From NCBI RefSeq assembly GCF_000143415.4, contig NW_003314268.1, forward strand, positions 2,000,494-2,064,493: 64,000 bases of DNA. Direction: 5' to 3'. The notes below the pieces were generated by a model. That model was not told the DNA's origin. It did not search any database and worked only from the letters and a program-made list of their open reading frames with translations. A program made the translations under genes and the position numbers. Of the stretch, positions 33,043 to 47,733 are shown one piece after another (the first letter of the stretch is position 1; the number at the start of each line of letters is the position of its first letter). Source of the DNA: Selaginella moellendorffii (Eukaryota; Plantae; Lycopodiophyta).

Positions 33043-35832
33043 ATGGGAAGCCAGGACCTTTCCGTGCATTTGATTTTTTCCGAACTTCGTGTTGACTTGA
33101 GCGAAGTAGAACAGAAAGTGCTGAACTTTGTCCGGCTGGCAAGGCGTGTTCTTGAGGTGAACTACTTTCCTCATTATATCCATCGACTTGGGGGCGCTCA
33201 GAGATACAACAATGCTGTCTCTGCAGGAGGTTCAAAAAAGAAACTGGCTCGAGGCTCAGAATGTTCAATTCAGCCTCGATCTGGTTTCCGAGGCTGAGTA
33301 TCACTTAGGATTCGTAGCCAAGGTACACTCCAATCCTTGGCTATTCAGTACACACATTCTGAGGCGAGCGATCGAAAGGTAGACTTCCTTCATCTCTTGT
33401 CTAGCTACCTTTCTGTCTGTACAGGTACGAGTATTGTTGGCTTCCATTGGCAAATTCTTCGTCAGAGCTGATCCCGCCTCTCGATTGTGCGTTAATCTGG
33501 CATTGCCATCGACTGAAACCTGTAAGCATCATCCCTGTCCCCAGCTTGTTGTTTTTAAAAGTTTCTAGTGAACAGGTTCAGTATGCCAGCGACTGCAGAA
33601 AGCTGTTTGGAAAAGTTATCGATGCACGTCTTAAACGTAACAACTCTATGGAGCACTATCGTAAAAGCAGGGATGCTTGGACATCATTATATCCGGATGA
33701 ACCTTATAATCTTCGTGAACTCAAGTCCACATGCAGCTCACGCTACTCATCCGGGAAATCAATGATTTTGTACAACCTTGTGGATGCAGTTAAAAGACAG
33801 AAATCATTTATTTACCAGGTTTTGATGTTTTATCACTTTTTCTATCCAGGCAAACACCTTTCTTCGTTTCAGGTCTCCGCACCTCATTATCAGGACAGAG
33901 GATTCTTGCGCGACGCAGAGAAGCGTTATAAAGGGTTTCTGCATCTGAAAAGAACTCAGGGAGAGGATAAGTTTTTCGTTCCTACTTATGACATCGACTT
34001 GATGTGGCACACGCATCAACTTTGTTCCGTCAAGTATGAGTGCGACATGGTGGGAGTGCTGGGAAGAGATTTGGAACACGACGATTCTGTCAACAACAGA
34101 GAAGTTGGAGGAAAGCTCGACGTGGGATATACACAAACTCGTTCTCTGTGGGAAGAGACGTATGGACTTGCGTATGAGAAAGCAGGTTGCATGTACAGAG
34201 GTGAACCACCGTTACCCCTAACGCTCATAAGTACCACCTCCGTCCGTGTCTTAGGATCAAGTCTTGCCGAGTGCTCGAAGTCCTGGGCTCATCTTCGAGC
34301 AACGCTGGCCAAGAGAAAGATTTTTCAGGTGACATTTCTCTTCTCTTTTTCTTCCTCTGGTAAAATGTATATTGACTGCAGGTGCACATGTCTGTCCGGG
34401 AAGTTGAGAGTTACGCAGAACCCAGAGAGTTCAACCATTTGCTTGCCATTTCACCACTAAATTCTCTATTAGCATCATCGTTCAAATTTCACGATTTTAA
34501 CTCTTCAAAGAAAATCTGGGACTTTGAAACTGATTTATCAACCCAAGGTGTTATCCTGGAGCTCAAGCCTTACAGCGGCTCCTATACGGTGCTGGGACAT
34601 CTGAGAATAACTTGGCAACAGGTTATGATGTCGGAGATGCACTCGATCAGTGGCTGGTTTCCTCTACAAAACACAAGGAAGCCAACATCTCTGCAACTCG
34701 TGGCTTCTATGACTCCCCCTGTGACTGGCCAATTTCTCCTGAGAAGTGTGAAAACCAGAGATACCAAAGATGACAGAGGAGACATATGGTTGACAAACTG
34801 TATCCTTGATCATACAAACTGTGAGTCGTATGTTGTCCGCTACAAGTAAGGATTTTTTAAATGAAGTTGCGTCCCTGATCCTGACCAGTTTGCTGCTGGT
34901 GTCCCAGGCACGGTCAAGCGTCGTCCCTGATAAAGAGAAAACCACCCAGAGCACAGAGGTTTGTTCACGTTCATCATGGTGTCCGGAAGTTTGTGCACGT
35001 CCATCATCGAAACAGTCTGTATGTTCCAGACGTTTCTGGTAAGAAGCAACTTACAGCTGCAAGCTTTCATGTTGTATGCTGTCAATCGTAAGGTGAGGTC
35101 ATCGGATCAGCGTTTCCGCTTGAGAAAACAGCAAACTCCAGGAGCTGGTCTCTGCTAGATGGCGCAGTAACTCTGACCATCTCCAGATATCGAAAGGAAT
35201 CGAAGTGGTGGCCGCAGTTTGATGTGAGGACAAGATTAGATTGTCCGGTAAGTGAGTGTACCAAACAGAGTCTGATTCGAGTGGAAGAGTGTCTTGTCGC
35301 GAACAGGACTTTGTTCTAGTACCAGGTCGTAAGCCTCAACTTGGTTTTTTGTATGATCCGGGCTTTGTGACGATGGTGAGATATACACGAGACGAGCCCG
35401 AAGGCATTGCAACCGCTCTTTTCGACTTGGACGTGGGTCACATGCAGGCGAGTGCTTATTATGCAACCTGACTTATCGATCTCAGTATTTGGGTTGTTGC
35501 ATGGTGCAGATTGATCGTTACGAGAATGTGCTCCTGGTGTTGCTTCTGTCGACGACTGTATCCATCTCACTCAAAGAGCTAGGACTCAAGTTGAAGCACA
35601 AGGCCACATATTATGACAATGGTACACATGATCGATCTAAGGCAGAGCAACTAATGCATTATTCTTTTTGCCAGGCTTCCAGCGTACTCGGGCTTCAAAC
35701 GTGCACTACACAGGCTTAGGAGTGTGGGATACTTCTAGCAGCTATGCTGACGGGGATGGTGGGGGTGGTGGTGATGGTGGCGATGGAGGGGGTTGCGGTG
35801 GCTGCGGTGGCTGTGGCGGCTGTGGTGGCTAG
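33043..35832 (+). CDS. Glycine-rich domain-containing protein (GRDP, DUF1399); start at 33043 or 33212
   Basis: WLEAQ..DLV, RYEYCWLP, PPLDCALIWHCHRLKP and VPTYDIDLMWHTHQ..HDDS. C-terminal GGCGGCGGCGGCGG*. Confidence 0.88.
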
Positions 35833-35917
35833 TTCTAAATTCTACAAATAAGCTTGAGGTTCGAGCCACGAAAATAAAAATAAAAATATCGTGTAAGATA
35901 GGTTGTGCTGGGAGGCC

Positions 35918-38679
<2,762 letters not shown>

Positions 38680-38718
38680 TAACCGAGCATGGAAAGTGTA
38701 CCTTAACCAGGCAAGGGA

Positions 38719-39541
38719 ATGACAACGCAAGGGGAGTTCGCAAGCTCTGTTTGTGTGGGGATTTTAGGAGGACTAGTGATTGCCAGCCTTCACGCACTGC
38801 TAGAGCATGCATGGTTCTATCTTCTCAAGACGCTGGAATCAAAGGCGCTAGTGGAGAGGCTTACAGCATCAATTCCAGTGAGCACCGAGAGCGCCGGCTA
38901 CAGAATGGAGAGCTTCTGGGCTGTTGCTCTGCCGCCCATGCCCGTGGTTGCGATGGTGTTCTTGGCCAGGTGACGGTCATAGTGCCTTCACGGTCTGTAA
39001 CTTGGTTCAGTGTTTCAGGAAAGGTTTCTTGGAGCGATGCCATTTCTCGTGGGACATTTGTGGCAGCTTCCTCTTCACCTGGACTGTCATGGTTCTTCAC
39101 GACGCACACTCTTGGCTGGTGCACACGCTCCTCCACCGCTCCAAGAGCGCATACCGGAGGATCCACAGGCGGCACCACGACAACAGTGGCGAACTCACCG
39201 TCTTTGGCACCGCCTACGGCGACGCCCTGGAGATCGCATGCTGCATCACCACTTTCTACTCCCTCGTCACCCTCTGGCTTTACCGCTTGCCGCAGTGGGA
39301 TCCGCTCGCAATCTTGTTCCTCATGTGGTCCATGAACAATGTAGACCTGATGGGACACTGTGGCTACCGCTTGCCTGCCTGGCTCTACGTCCCCGCGTCC
39401 CTGGGTGTGCTACTCACACCTCTGGCTCAGCGGCCACGGCACCACTACATCCGCCACCTCGACCCCCGCTTCAATCGCTCCATCTGGGACAGAATGTCCG
39501 CCACCTTTCGTGACCAGCACCCCAAGCTCACTTGCTACTAG
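38719..39541 (+). CDS. Fatty acid hydroxylase / sterol desaturase family membrane protein
   Basis: His boxes HTLLH, HRRHH, GHCGY and HHYIRH..WDRM. One intron at 38970-39018. Confidence 0.75.
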
Positions 39542-41112
39542 TATGCGACCTGGCTCACGAGAGTTATGCGCTCTATAGGCGTCCTGCAGAAGGGGCATGC
39601 TGGCGGCGGAGAGAATGGCATGGCGGGGTTGGGCTTGTTGTGGCAGCAGAGCGTGAGGATGCAACTCGCGCACATTTGGTGGCCACACTTGTGAAGCTCG
39701 ATGTTGCACCGGTGCTCGAAACAGATGCAGCAGCAGCTGTCTGTGCTGGCCTTCTTGTCCTAAGATAATTGAAACGGATGAGTCTTCTTATAGCTATGGA
39801 CGGCCACTAGAGTTACTCACTTGCTCCAATTGTTGGTCGTCATCAGTCATGATGGCATTGACGATCTCACTCTCAGCAGCACTCTTTCTGGGAGCCCGCC
39901 CCCTCGCCTGGTTGGCCTGCTCCAGCACCTTCTCGAGTAAGCTCCGGGTGTTTGTATCCAAAGCATTCATGAACTTGCACGGCGATGGCCACACCAAAGG
40001 CTCTGCAACGCTCGGATCCAAGAGCGCTGTGCAGGACGCGTTGTTGTGCTTTCTGGCAATCCCGTAAGCAGTGTAGCTGCAAACGAGAAACATGTCACAA
40101 GGCAGTGACGCGGAAACCCACAACATACCCGGTAACATCTCTCTGGCTGCGATCGGCTCCCCAGGCGAGTAGCTCTTGCACAGTCTCTAGAGAGCCCCCA
40201 CGAGCAGCAAAATGCAGCGGGGTGCTTCCGTGGCCGGACCTGAGCAATTCAAGTTAAGTTGGCCAGTTCGTGAGTTGCGATGACAATTCAAAGGATAGTT
40301 CACCCATTGCCAGTGTTGCTGGTGGTGGCAGAAACCAGAGCTCCACTGTCGAGCAGCAGCTGAAGCGCCCTCACATAGCCTCCCCTGGCGGCTAGGTGTA
40401 GTGCCGTGATACCTTTGGAGTCCCTCGTGTTGACAAACCTGACGAATTTCCTGCATCCATGTCAATCAAGATTCTATTCTCTAGCTGCGGACAAGACAGA
40501 CCACGACTCGGCAACTGGAGCACATTTCGCTGCCAACAGAATCCTGTGGATGCATTCGACGTGACCGGCTTTAGCAGCGTAGTGGAGGCAGGTTCTGGAA
40601 TGAGATGTGTCAAACAAGAGCACCTGAAGATGAAGCAAGTCAGGGAGACGGGCACTGAAGGAAAGAAACGAGGAAGACGCTTGTGACATACATTCGCGCC
40701 ATGCTGTAGGAGATAATCGACGCAGTCGTGCTTTCCCGACTTGGAGGCGAGCATGAGCGGAGTCTGCAAGCAGGCAAGGCAAAGCATATTGGTTTTTCTG
40801 GTAAGAGAGAGCGTCAGAGACACAAAGTACCTGTCCTCCATTGCAGCTGCTACAGTTGACGCTGGCTCCCTTGTGGATGAGCAGTGCAGCTACGTCGACT
40901 TGGCCCGCCATGGCCGCGACGTGCAGCGGAGTGAGGCGGCTGTGAAAGAAGAGCGCCTTGGTCACAAGCTTTGGCGACATGCTAGCGCTCTGTTCCACGG
41001 CCACGCAGTCGCCTTCCACGATGGCCGTGTACAGACGCCACCTCTGCCCATTGTCCTTGAGCATTGCGCATAGCTGCCAACTTGAGAGTCCACAGCCGTG
41101 GCTCTGGCCCAT
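39538..41112 (-). CDS. XBAT31: XBAT31-like ankyrin-repeat RING E3 ubiquitin ligase
   Basis: MGQSHGC N-terminus, ankyrin repeats (TPLHVAA, TPLMLA, TCLHYAA) and AEPLVWPSP. RING CCICFE..CGHQMCASC..CPFCR. Confidence 0.92.
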
Positions 41113-41119
41113 ACTTGGT

Positions 41120-41120
<1 letters not shown>

Positions 41121-41163
<43 letters not shown>
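41121..41163. repeat. (AC)n microsatellite, about 21 units
   Basis: Direct reading. It lies 8 bp upstream of the XBAT ATG. Confidence 0.95.
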
Positions 41164-41166
<3 letters not shown>

Positions 41167-41650
41167 CACACACACTCACTCACTCAAGCGCCGCTGGTGA
41201 GGCCATGGTTTCCCCTTCACATGAACACATGAACACATGAACAATCTAGTTTTAACTAAACCAACTGTCTGGAACGAGTGACAGTTACGATAACCCTCCG
41301 GCATTCATTCCTTGTAGCCGCACACACTGCCTGCCAATCTGTATGGAGGACGACGCTACCTATAAAAGATGCTGGATAGAGGTGCATCCAGTACAAGGCG
41401 TGGAGGATGAGTTCCAGGTCCATGTAACTTCTCGTGCTCTAACGTTCTATCCTCCTTGCATCTCCTCCATTCTAACTAGATATACAGCACTCCTATACCA
41501 CGACAAGCTTCAAACCAAGCAGCCACGCACGCACCTGCATTTAGATGATTTTTAGTCGTCACTACGAGCAGCTGAAAAGAAAAGCCCTGCACAAAAGCAA
41601 AGAGGTTATAAGCCTGGAAACAATCGCATTTGCTTACCCGCGTGATGGAG

Positions 41651-43297
41651 CTACTCCGCGCGCTGCTGCTCATCCCCGCCAACGCTGCCTTGCTCCGCTG
41701 CTGCCGATGTTGAAGCCGATGCCGGAGACGCCTCCGCGATCTCGTGGAGAGGCAGCGCCGGCGTGTGGCCCTGGAACAAACTGATATGCCCCAGCAGCTT
41801 GTCCTTCCGGGAGAAGGTGGTGCCACACGAGCACTGCCACTTATCCCGGCCGCAGTGCTTCTCGTGCGTCTTGAGGTCCGCCACCACCGAGAACTTTTTG
41901 CTCTTGCACTTGCTGCAGGTGAGAGACTTTGGACAGTGGCTCCGCCGGTAGTGATTCTTGACGCACAGCACCGTCTTGAGCGGCTGGAACTTGCGGTGCT
42001 TCTTGTTCCTCTTGCATCCGGCGTACGGGCACGAGTAGCGCCTGGGCCGGAGCAGCGATGGATCCGTGGCAACCTTATCCGGCCTCGCCAGAGCAGCGGG
42101 CGACTTGTACTGCTCGCCGTGCCCGCGCATGTGCATTCTCAGGTTGGCGTCCCGCTTGAAACCTTTGCCACACTTGTCACAAAAGTGCGTGTGCTCCGCG
42201 AGGATCTCCACTGCGTTCATTTCCACGAGATCGTAGGAGCCAGGCACAAGGTCCTCCGCGTCGCCGTCGTCGTCGTCGTCCCTGGACCCCGCCCCTGAGT
42301 CGCCGCAATCTTCCATCGCCGCCGGCGGGGGTGGTGGAGGTGGAGGTGGTGCTGCCGCTGCTGGGGGCGCCGCTGCCTCACTTTCTCTCTCCGCCACCAC
42401 CACGGCCTTGCTCGCAAGTGGTGGATGATGGATGGCTTCCAGGTTGAAAGCGTGGGGCTGACAGGGCGAATCTTGCTGCTGCGGCGCCTGGGGCTGCTGC
42501 GGTTGCGGCTGCTGCTGGCGATGCTCCACCACCGGAAGTGGATTCCGGACGGCCGCGGCGGGAGTGGGAGCGGCCAGGGTGTTGAAGCCGAGTGGAGCAC
42601 CCAATTGCATGTCGGGCAGCAGGCACGGCGAGGGCTGCGCGTTGGGAAGGACCCCAATGACGGCGAGAGCAAGCTGCGATATGTTGGAAGCGATCCGCGC
42701 GGCAGTCATGGCTGCATGGGCCTGGACGACACCGCCGTTGTGCTGGCTGGCCTGCGATAGCGAGTGAACCAGCGCCTGGAGCTGATCGGTCTTTTGCTCC
42801 AGTAGGGAGACAAGGGTGTAGTGCTGCTGCTGCTGGGGGTGGATGCCGCCACCACCACGGCCTTCTATTGGCGGGCTCCCGGGGGGACTGAGCTTGATCA
42901 GGTCTTCCATGAGGCCCTGGAGGACCTGCTGAGGGGCGGCGAGCTGGAGATTGTAGCCCTGCTGGCCGGCGGTGAGGAGGAAGCCCTGGTGGAGGAGATT
43001 CTGGAAGGCGTTTTGGGGAGCGGGCATCTGGTGGTGGAAATGCGGTTGATGCTGCGGCAGCGGCGGGGGCGGAGGCTGCTGGTGGTGGTGGTGGTGGTGA
43101 TGGTGAGCCGGCGGCGGAGGGGCCTGGGGTTCTAGAGCTCCCAGAATGGAGAATCCATGGCAGGTTGCCGCGGCCGCGGGGGATGCGTAGTGGCCAACAA
43201 GGGAGAGCTTTGGTGTCATACCTCCTCCTCCTCCTCTCGGGCTCTGCTGCTGCTGATGGACATCGCTCGGCGACGGCTGGTGGCTGGATTGCATCAT
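41651..43297 (-). CDS. STOP1: STOP1-like C2H2 zinc-finger transcription factor, intronless
   Basis: [66 protein letters not shown]. Confidence 0.95.
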   Translation of the reverse strand: MMQSSHQPSPSDVHQQQQSPRGGGGGMTPKLSLVGHYASPAAAATCHGFSILGALEPQAPPPPAHHHHHHHHQQPPPPPLPQHQPHFHHQMPAPQNAFQNLLHQGFLLTAGQQGYNLQLAAPQQVLQGLMEDLIKLSPPGSPPIEGRGGGGIHPQQQQHYTLVSLLEQKTDQLQALVHSLSQASQHNGGVVQAHAAMTAARIASNISQLALAVIGVLPNAQPSPCLLPDMQLGAPLGFNTLAAPTPAAAVRNPLPVVEHRQQQPQPQQPQAPQQQDSPCQPHAFNLEAIHHPPLASKAVVVAERESEAAAPPAAAAPPPPPPPPPAAMEDCGDSGAGSRDDDDDGDAEDLVPGSYDLVEMNAVEILAEHTHFCDKCGKGFKRDANLRMHMRGHGEQYKSPAALARPDKVATDPSLLRPRRYSCPYAGCKRNKKHRKFQPLKTVLCVKNHYRRSHCPKSLTCSKCKSKKFSVVADLKTHEKHCGRDKWQCSCGTTFSRKDKLLGHISLFQGHTPALPLHEIAEASPASASTSAAAEQGSVGGDEQQRAE

Positions 43298-44006
43298 CCC
43301 TTGCGCGCGATCGCCTCTCCCAAATCCCTTGCAACCCTAATGGAATGGCATTCCCCCTCTCGCCAAGCTACAGTAGCGGGGGAAAGTGTATCTATCAGGT
43401 GAAGTGAAAAGAAATTAAAAGCAGATGGGGCCTGGCCGAGCAACACCAGCGCACGGGGCAGGCCGTACGGGGGAGGGGTGGTACTGGTACCAGTTGGGCA
43501 GGCAGGCAACACTTGTATCTCACTACTGGTGTGTATGGCGCCATTGCATTTACCCCATTTACCACCAGCACCACCAGTGTCCAGGGTCTAGCTAGGTACT
43601 CCCCCATTTCGTACTACCTCTGGGCATATTCCGCACCTTTCGGGAATAATTATGCTAAAAGTCCAAGCTGAGCACCTTTTAGCATTGACCGCCGTTAGGG
43701 CATCCGCGGACGGCGGCATGACGGAGCTTGACGGCGCCGGCAGGGATCTGGGCCGTTGCAGTGCCGATCGGACGGGCGCTGCCCGCATGCTCTCTCTGCT
43801 CTTGTTGTTATTGTGTTTGTCGCTCGCCCACGGAAGAGGCGGAGAGGCGAGAGGAGGAAGAAAAGAGAGGCGCGACATGGCCGCCGTGTGGAGAATTGGT
43901 TCCACATTTCTTGGGTGGTTCTTCCTTAGATAGATAGGCACTACTAGAGCTAGGCCGTGGCCGCGCGAGCTAGCTAGCAAGGCAAAGGGGGAAACTGGAC
44001 AGAGAT

Positions 44007-47000
44007 ATGGCGACGGAGAGCCCTGTCAGGGTGCTGGCAGGGGGGCTGGGCGGGGACGGCGGCGGCATTAGGGCTCCATCCTCGAGTAGCAGCCGCGAGT
44101 GCGAGGAGCTCAATCTGCTGCTCCGGGAGCGATCGTCGGCGTCGCGGCTGGGGAATGCGCGGGGCGAGGTCCAGCTCCACCGCAGCGAGAGCGCCCCGCC
44201 CACCGTGGAGGGATCGCTGGGCGGCCTGCTGAGCCAATTGGGCCGGCTGGAGCTCCACGCTCACGCCCAGGATGGCGATCAGCTGCTGGATGTGGTGGAG
44301 GCGGAGCAGGAGCTCAGGTCAGACCCTGCTTATCTTGCTTACTATCACTCGCATGTCAATCTGAATCCCCGTCTCCCACCGCCAGTAAAGTCGTGGGAGA
44401 ATTGGCGCCTCGCCCAGCGCCTCAACCTTCGAAGCAAGCTTGTGTTTGACGACTCGAGCAGCTCCTCGCTCTTCTCCGCCAATCCGCACCCGCTGCATTC
44501 TTCGCTCCCCACGCACAGGGAAGACGACGATCTGCTGGACGAGGGAGAGGTCTCCTCGTCCTCCTTGGGACAGCAACACCACCATGTCATCCGCCACCTC
44601 CCCGCCACCACCACCACCGCCGCCGCCACCTTCACCGATGCCGATGGACTCCCGGGCTTTGACATGGGACTTGGACGGCCCAAGAGCCTCGTCGATCTCA
44701 TCCAGGTATTTGGGGGCCATCTTCTAGTTTGCAAAGCTGACGGACTTGCTGATCACGCAGGAGGACTTCCCGAGGACGCCCTCTCCTGTTTACAACTTGT
44801 CCCGGCCCTCGAGCCGGGCAGCAAACGATGACGCGGGGGATGCCTCCCTGGACCTGCAACTCTTGCGTGAGCTTGGCTCTGGCATCGGCTCCCGCTCCGC
44901 CACCCCAATGCAGGTGCCCGTTCACGACGTTTATGCTTCTCCCTCCACCACCACCCTCAACCGGACACCTCCACCGGATGCAAGCGTGACAGTGGGAGAG
45001 GCAGCCGAGTCTAGTACCTCGTCGGAGCTTGCAGCTGCTCTTGCGGGATGCGTAACCATGAAATCCGACAACGCGGACGTTGTCGAGGAGGAGCAGCATC
45101 TGGAATTTCCCGAGCAGCAATTACGTGTGAAACAGCAGCACCAGCAGCCGCAAGCGCAGCATCATGGATCGCAGGCATATTCGCAGCAACAGCACCACCA
45201 AGCATACGGCAACGTCAAGTTTGGTGCCATTCCTCCTGGTGCCAATCAGCAGCAACAGCCAGGAGGAGGAGCTGCTGCAACGTCCAACATGTATGCGGCG
45301 GCCGCCGCTGCCGCCGCCATGTCCTACATCGCCGCGGGGAATCCATACTATCACAACCTTCACTCGGCATCAGTCTATGCACCATACTACGGCCTCGGTG
45401 GCTACCCGCTCAATGGTGCTATGTTGCCACCTCCATTGCTACCGGGATATCCCGCCCCTCCGGTGGCGTTTGAGTCCGCAGTGGCCGCCGCCCGAGGAGG
45501 TGTCCCCGACTTACACCAGTTTTACAAGCTTGCAGCGGCGGGACAGGCTCCCTCATCGACCACTGCGCTTCACGACGCTCTCTATCTACAATACCTCCGT
45601 GCGTCCGAGGACGCTCGCGCCGCAGCGGCACTGTCAGCGGACATGCGGAGCTATGCTGCTCACTCGGACGCACTCGTGGACCAGCTGAGCGGGCTGGGTG
45701 GTTTATCCAAGCCTCAGTTCTCGAGGACCATGTCCATCCCGAACAAGAGTGTTCCGCCGGCCACTTCTTTTTACGGCAGTCCTCCTGGGCTGGGATTCGG
45801 CGTGCCATTTCCCAACTCTCCATTGGCAAGTCCTGGACTTCCCAGCTCGCCGGTTGGCGCAACTTCTCGGATCGTCAACGATCGAAACTTGCGCTTGTCT
45901 CCGAGCACCGGAAGAGCTGCTGCCGCTTATACTGCTGCGGGGTGGCCATCGGCGGGAGGCAGCGATCCTGCTGACGAGTCACGTGGGTCTTTCCTGCTCG
46001 AGGAGTTCAAAAACAGCAAAAACAGAAGATTTGAGCTCTCTGACATTGCTGGTCACGTGGTGGAGTTCAGGTACAAGCTGGTCTTTAGCTTCTTTACATT
46101 TGGAAAATGTGTGTCCATTGCAGTGCTGACCAGCATGGAAGCCGCTTTATCCAGCAGAAGCTAGAGACTGCCACCGCCGAGGACAAAGCTATGGTTTTTC
46201 AGGAGGTCTTCCCCCAAGCCGTGGCGCTAATGACGGATGTCTTTGGAAACTACGTTATTCAGAAGGTATTTGAAGACTTGGCACGCATTTTGTTTGTACG
46301 TCGTGTCGTAACTTCGTAGAGCCTGGCAGTTTTTTGAGCATGGAACGGCACAGCAAAGAAAGGAGCTTGCCCAGCAGTTACCCAGCCGTGTACTGACGTT
46401 GAGCTTGCAAATGTACGGCTGCCGTGTCATTCAGAAGGTATCTTTCATTTTTTTTTGTCTAAGACGCTGAAGAAACTCGCAGGCACTCGAAGTTGTGGAC
46501 GTGGATCAGCAAACACAACTGGTTTCCGAGCTGGATGGTCACGTGATGCGGTGCGTCCGTGATCAAAATGGAAACCACGTCATTCAAAAGTGTATAGAAT
46601 GTGTTCCTCCCGATCGCATCCAATTTATAATCTGTGCGTTTTATGGTCAAGTATTGGCTCTCTCAACACATCCGTATGGATGCCGGGTTATACAGGTGAG
46701 GCATGTTTTGAGTCGTTTCAAGTTACTTGAGACGGTTGTTTTGTTTTTTTTTTTGGTTTTTGTTTTACGTTTTCTTCCCAGAGAGTTCTTGAGCATTGTA
46801 CAGACGAACAGAAACAGCAAGGAATAATGCAAGAGATACTGCGATCAACTTGCAGTCTTGCTCAGGACCAGTATGGGAACTATGTTGTGCAGGTTGGTTC
46901 TGTTTCTTTTCTTTTCTTCCTTTTTAATTTCCTTTCTTTCTCTGGGGTGCTGTAAGCTAAGTCTTTCTTTGTGTCTCTTTAGCATGTGTTGGAGCATGGA

Positions 47001-47504
47001 ACCCAGCCGGAGAGAAGCGAAATCATCACTAAGCTAGCAGGACAAATTGTACAAATGAGCCAGCATAAATTTGCATCAAATGTCATCGAGAAGTGTCTTC
47101 AGTTTGGGGGCCCGGCAGAAAGACAAATTCTGATCAACGAGATGCTGGGATCAACGGACGAGAACGAGGCCTTGCAGGTAGGAAAGAAAGATTTGTGACT
47201 CCATTCATATACATCCTTTTTTCAGGCTATGATGAAGGACCAATTTGCCAACTACGTGGTGCAGAAAGTACTGGAGATTTGTGACGACCGCCAGAGGGAA
47301 ATTCTTTTGACTCGTATCAAAGTTCATTTACACGCGCTTAAGAAGTATACGTATGGGAAGCACATTGTGGCGAGAGTAGAGAAGCTCGTGGCCGCGGGAG
47401 GTACGTCCGTCTAGCATTTCTCGTTGTTGGTCGATCAATTCCTGATTCATATCACTGCAGAGAGGCGGAGTGCCGCAGCCGCTCATATGTCGCCCCCTAT
47501 GTAA
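44007..47504 (+). CDS. Pumilio (PUF) RNA-binding protein, APUM1-6 type
   Basis: [28 protein letters not shown] and [21 protein letters not shown] repeats [27 protein letters not shown] and DQFANYVVQ. Confidence 0.95.
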
Positions 47505-47733
47505 ACGGCTGCAGCCACAACTAAGCACAAGTAAGTATAAGGTGTAAATTTGCAAAGAAGAGACTGGTAAATATTTAGTATTTCCAAGTGTACAAAGCTT
47601 TTTAAAATCCAAGCAGGGTTGGATTTTGTTTGACAAGCATAAAATCATCTATTATATGATTCCTGCAATCTGTATCTCGATGTCGTCCTTTTTACATGAT
47701 GAAGAGATCAACTTGGGAGAACGTAACTGGATT

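Noticed and set aside
43470-43610. Possible miRNA-like foldback between STOP1 and Pumilio
   Set aside because: Only about 11 bp of imperfect complementarity is visible, too little for a precursor call.
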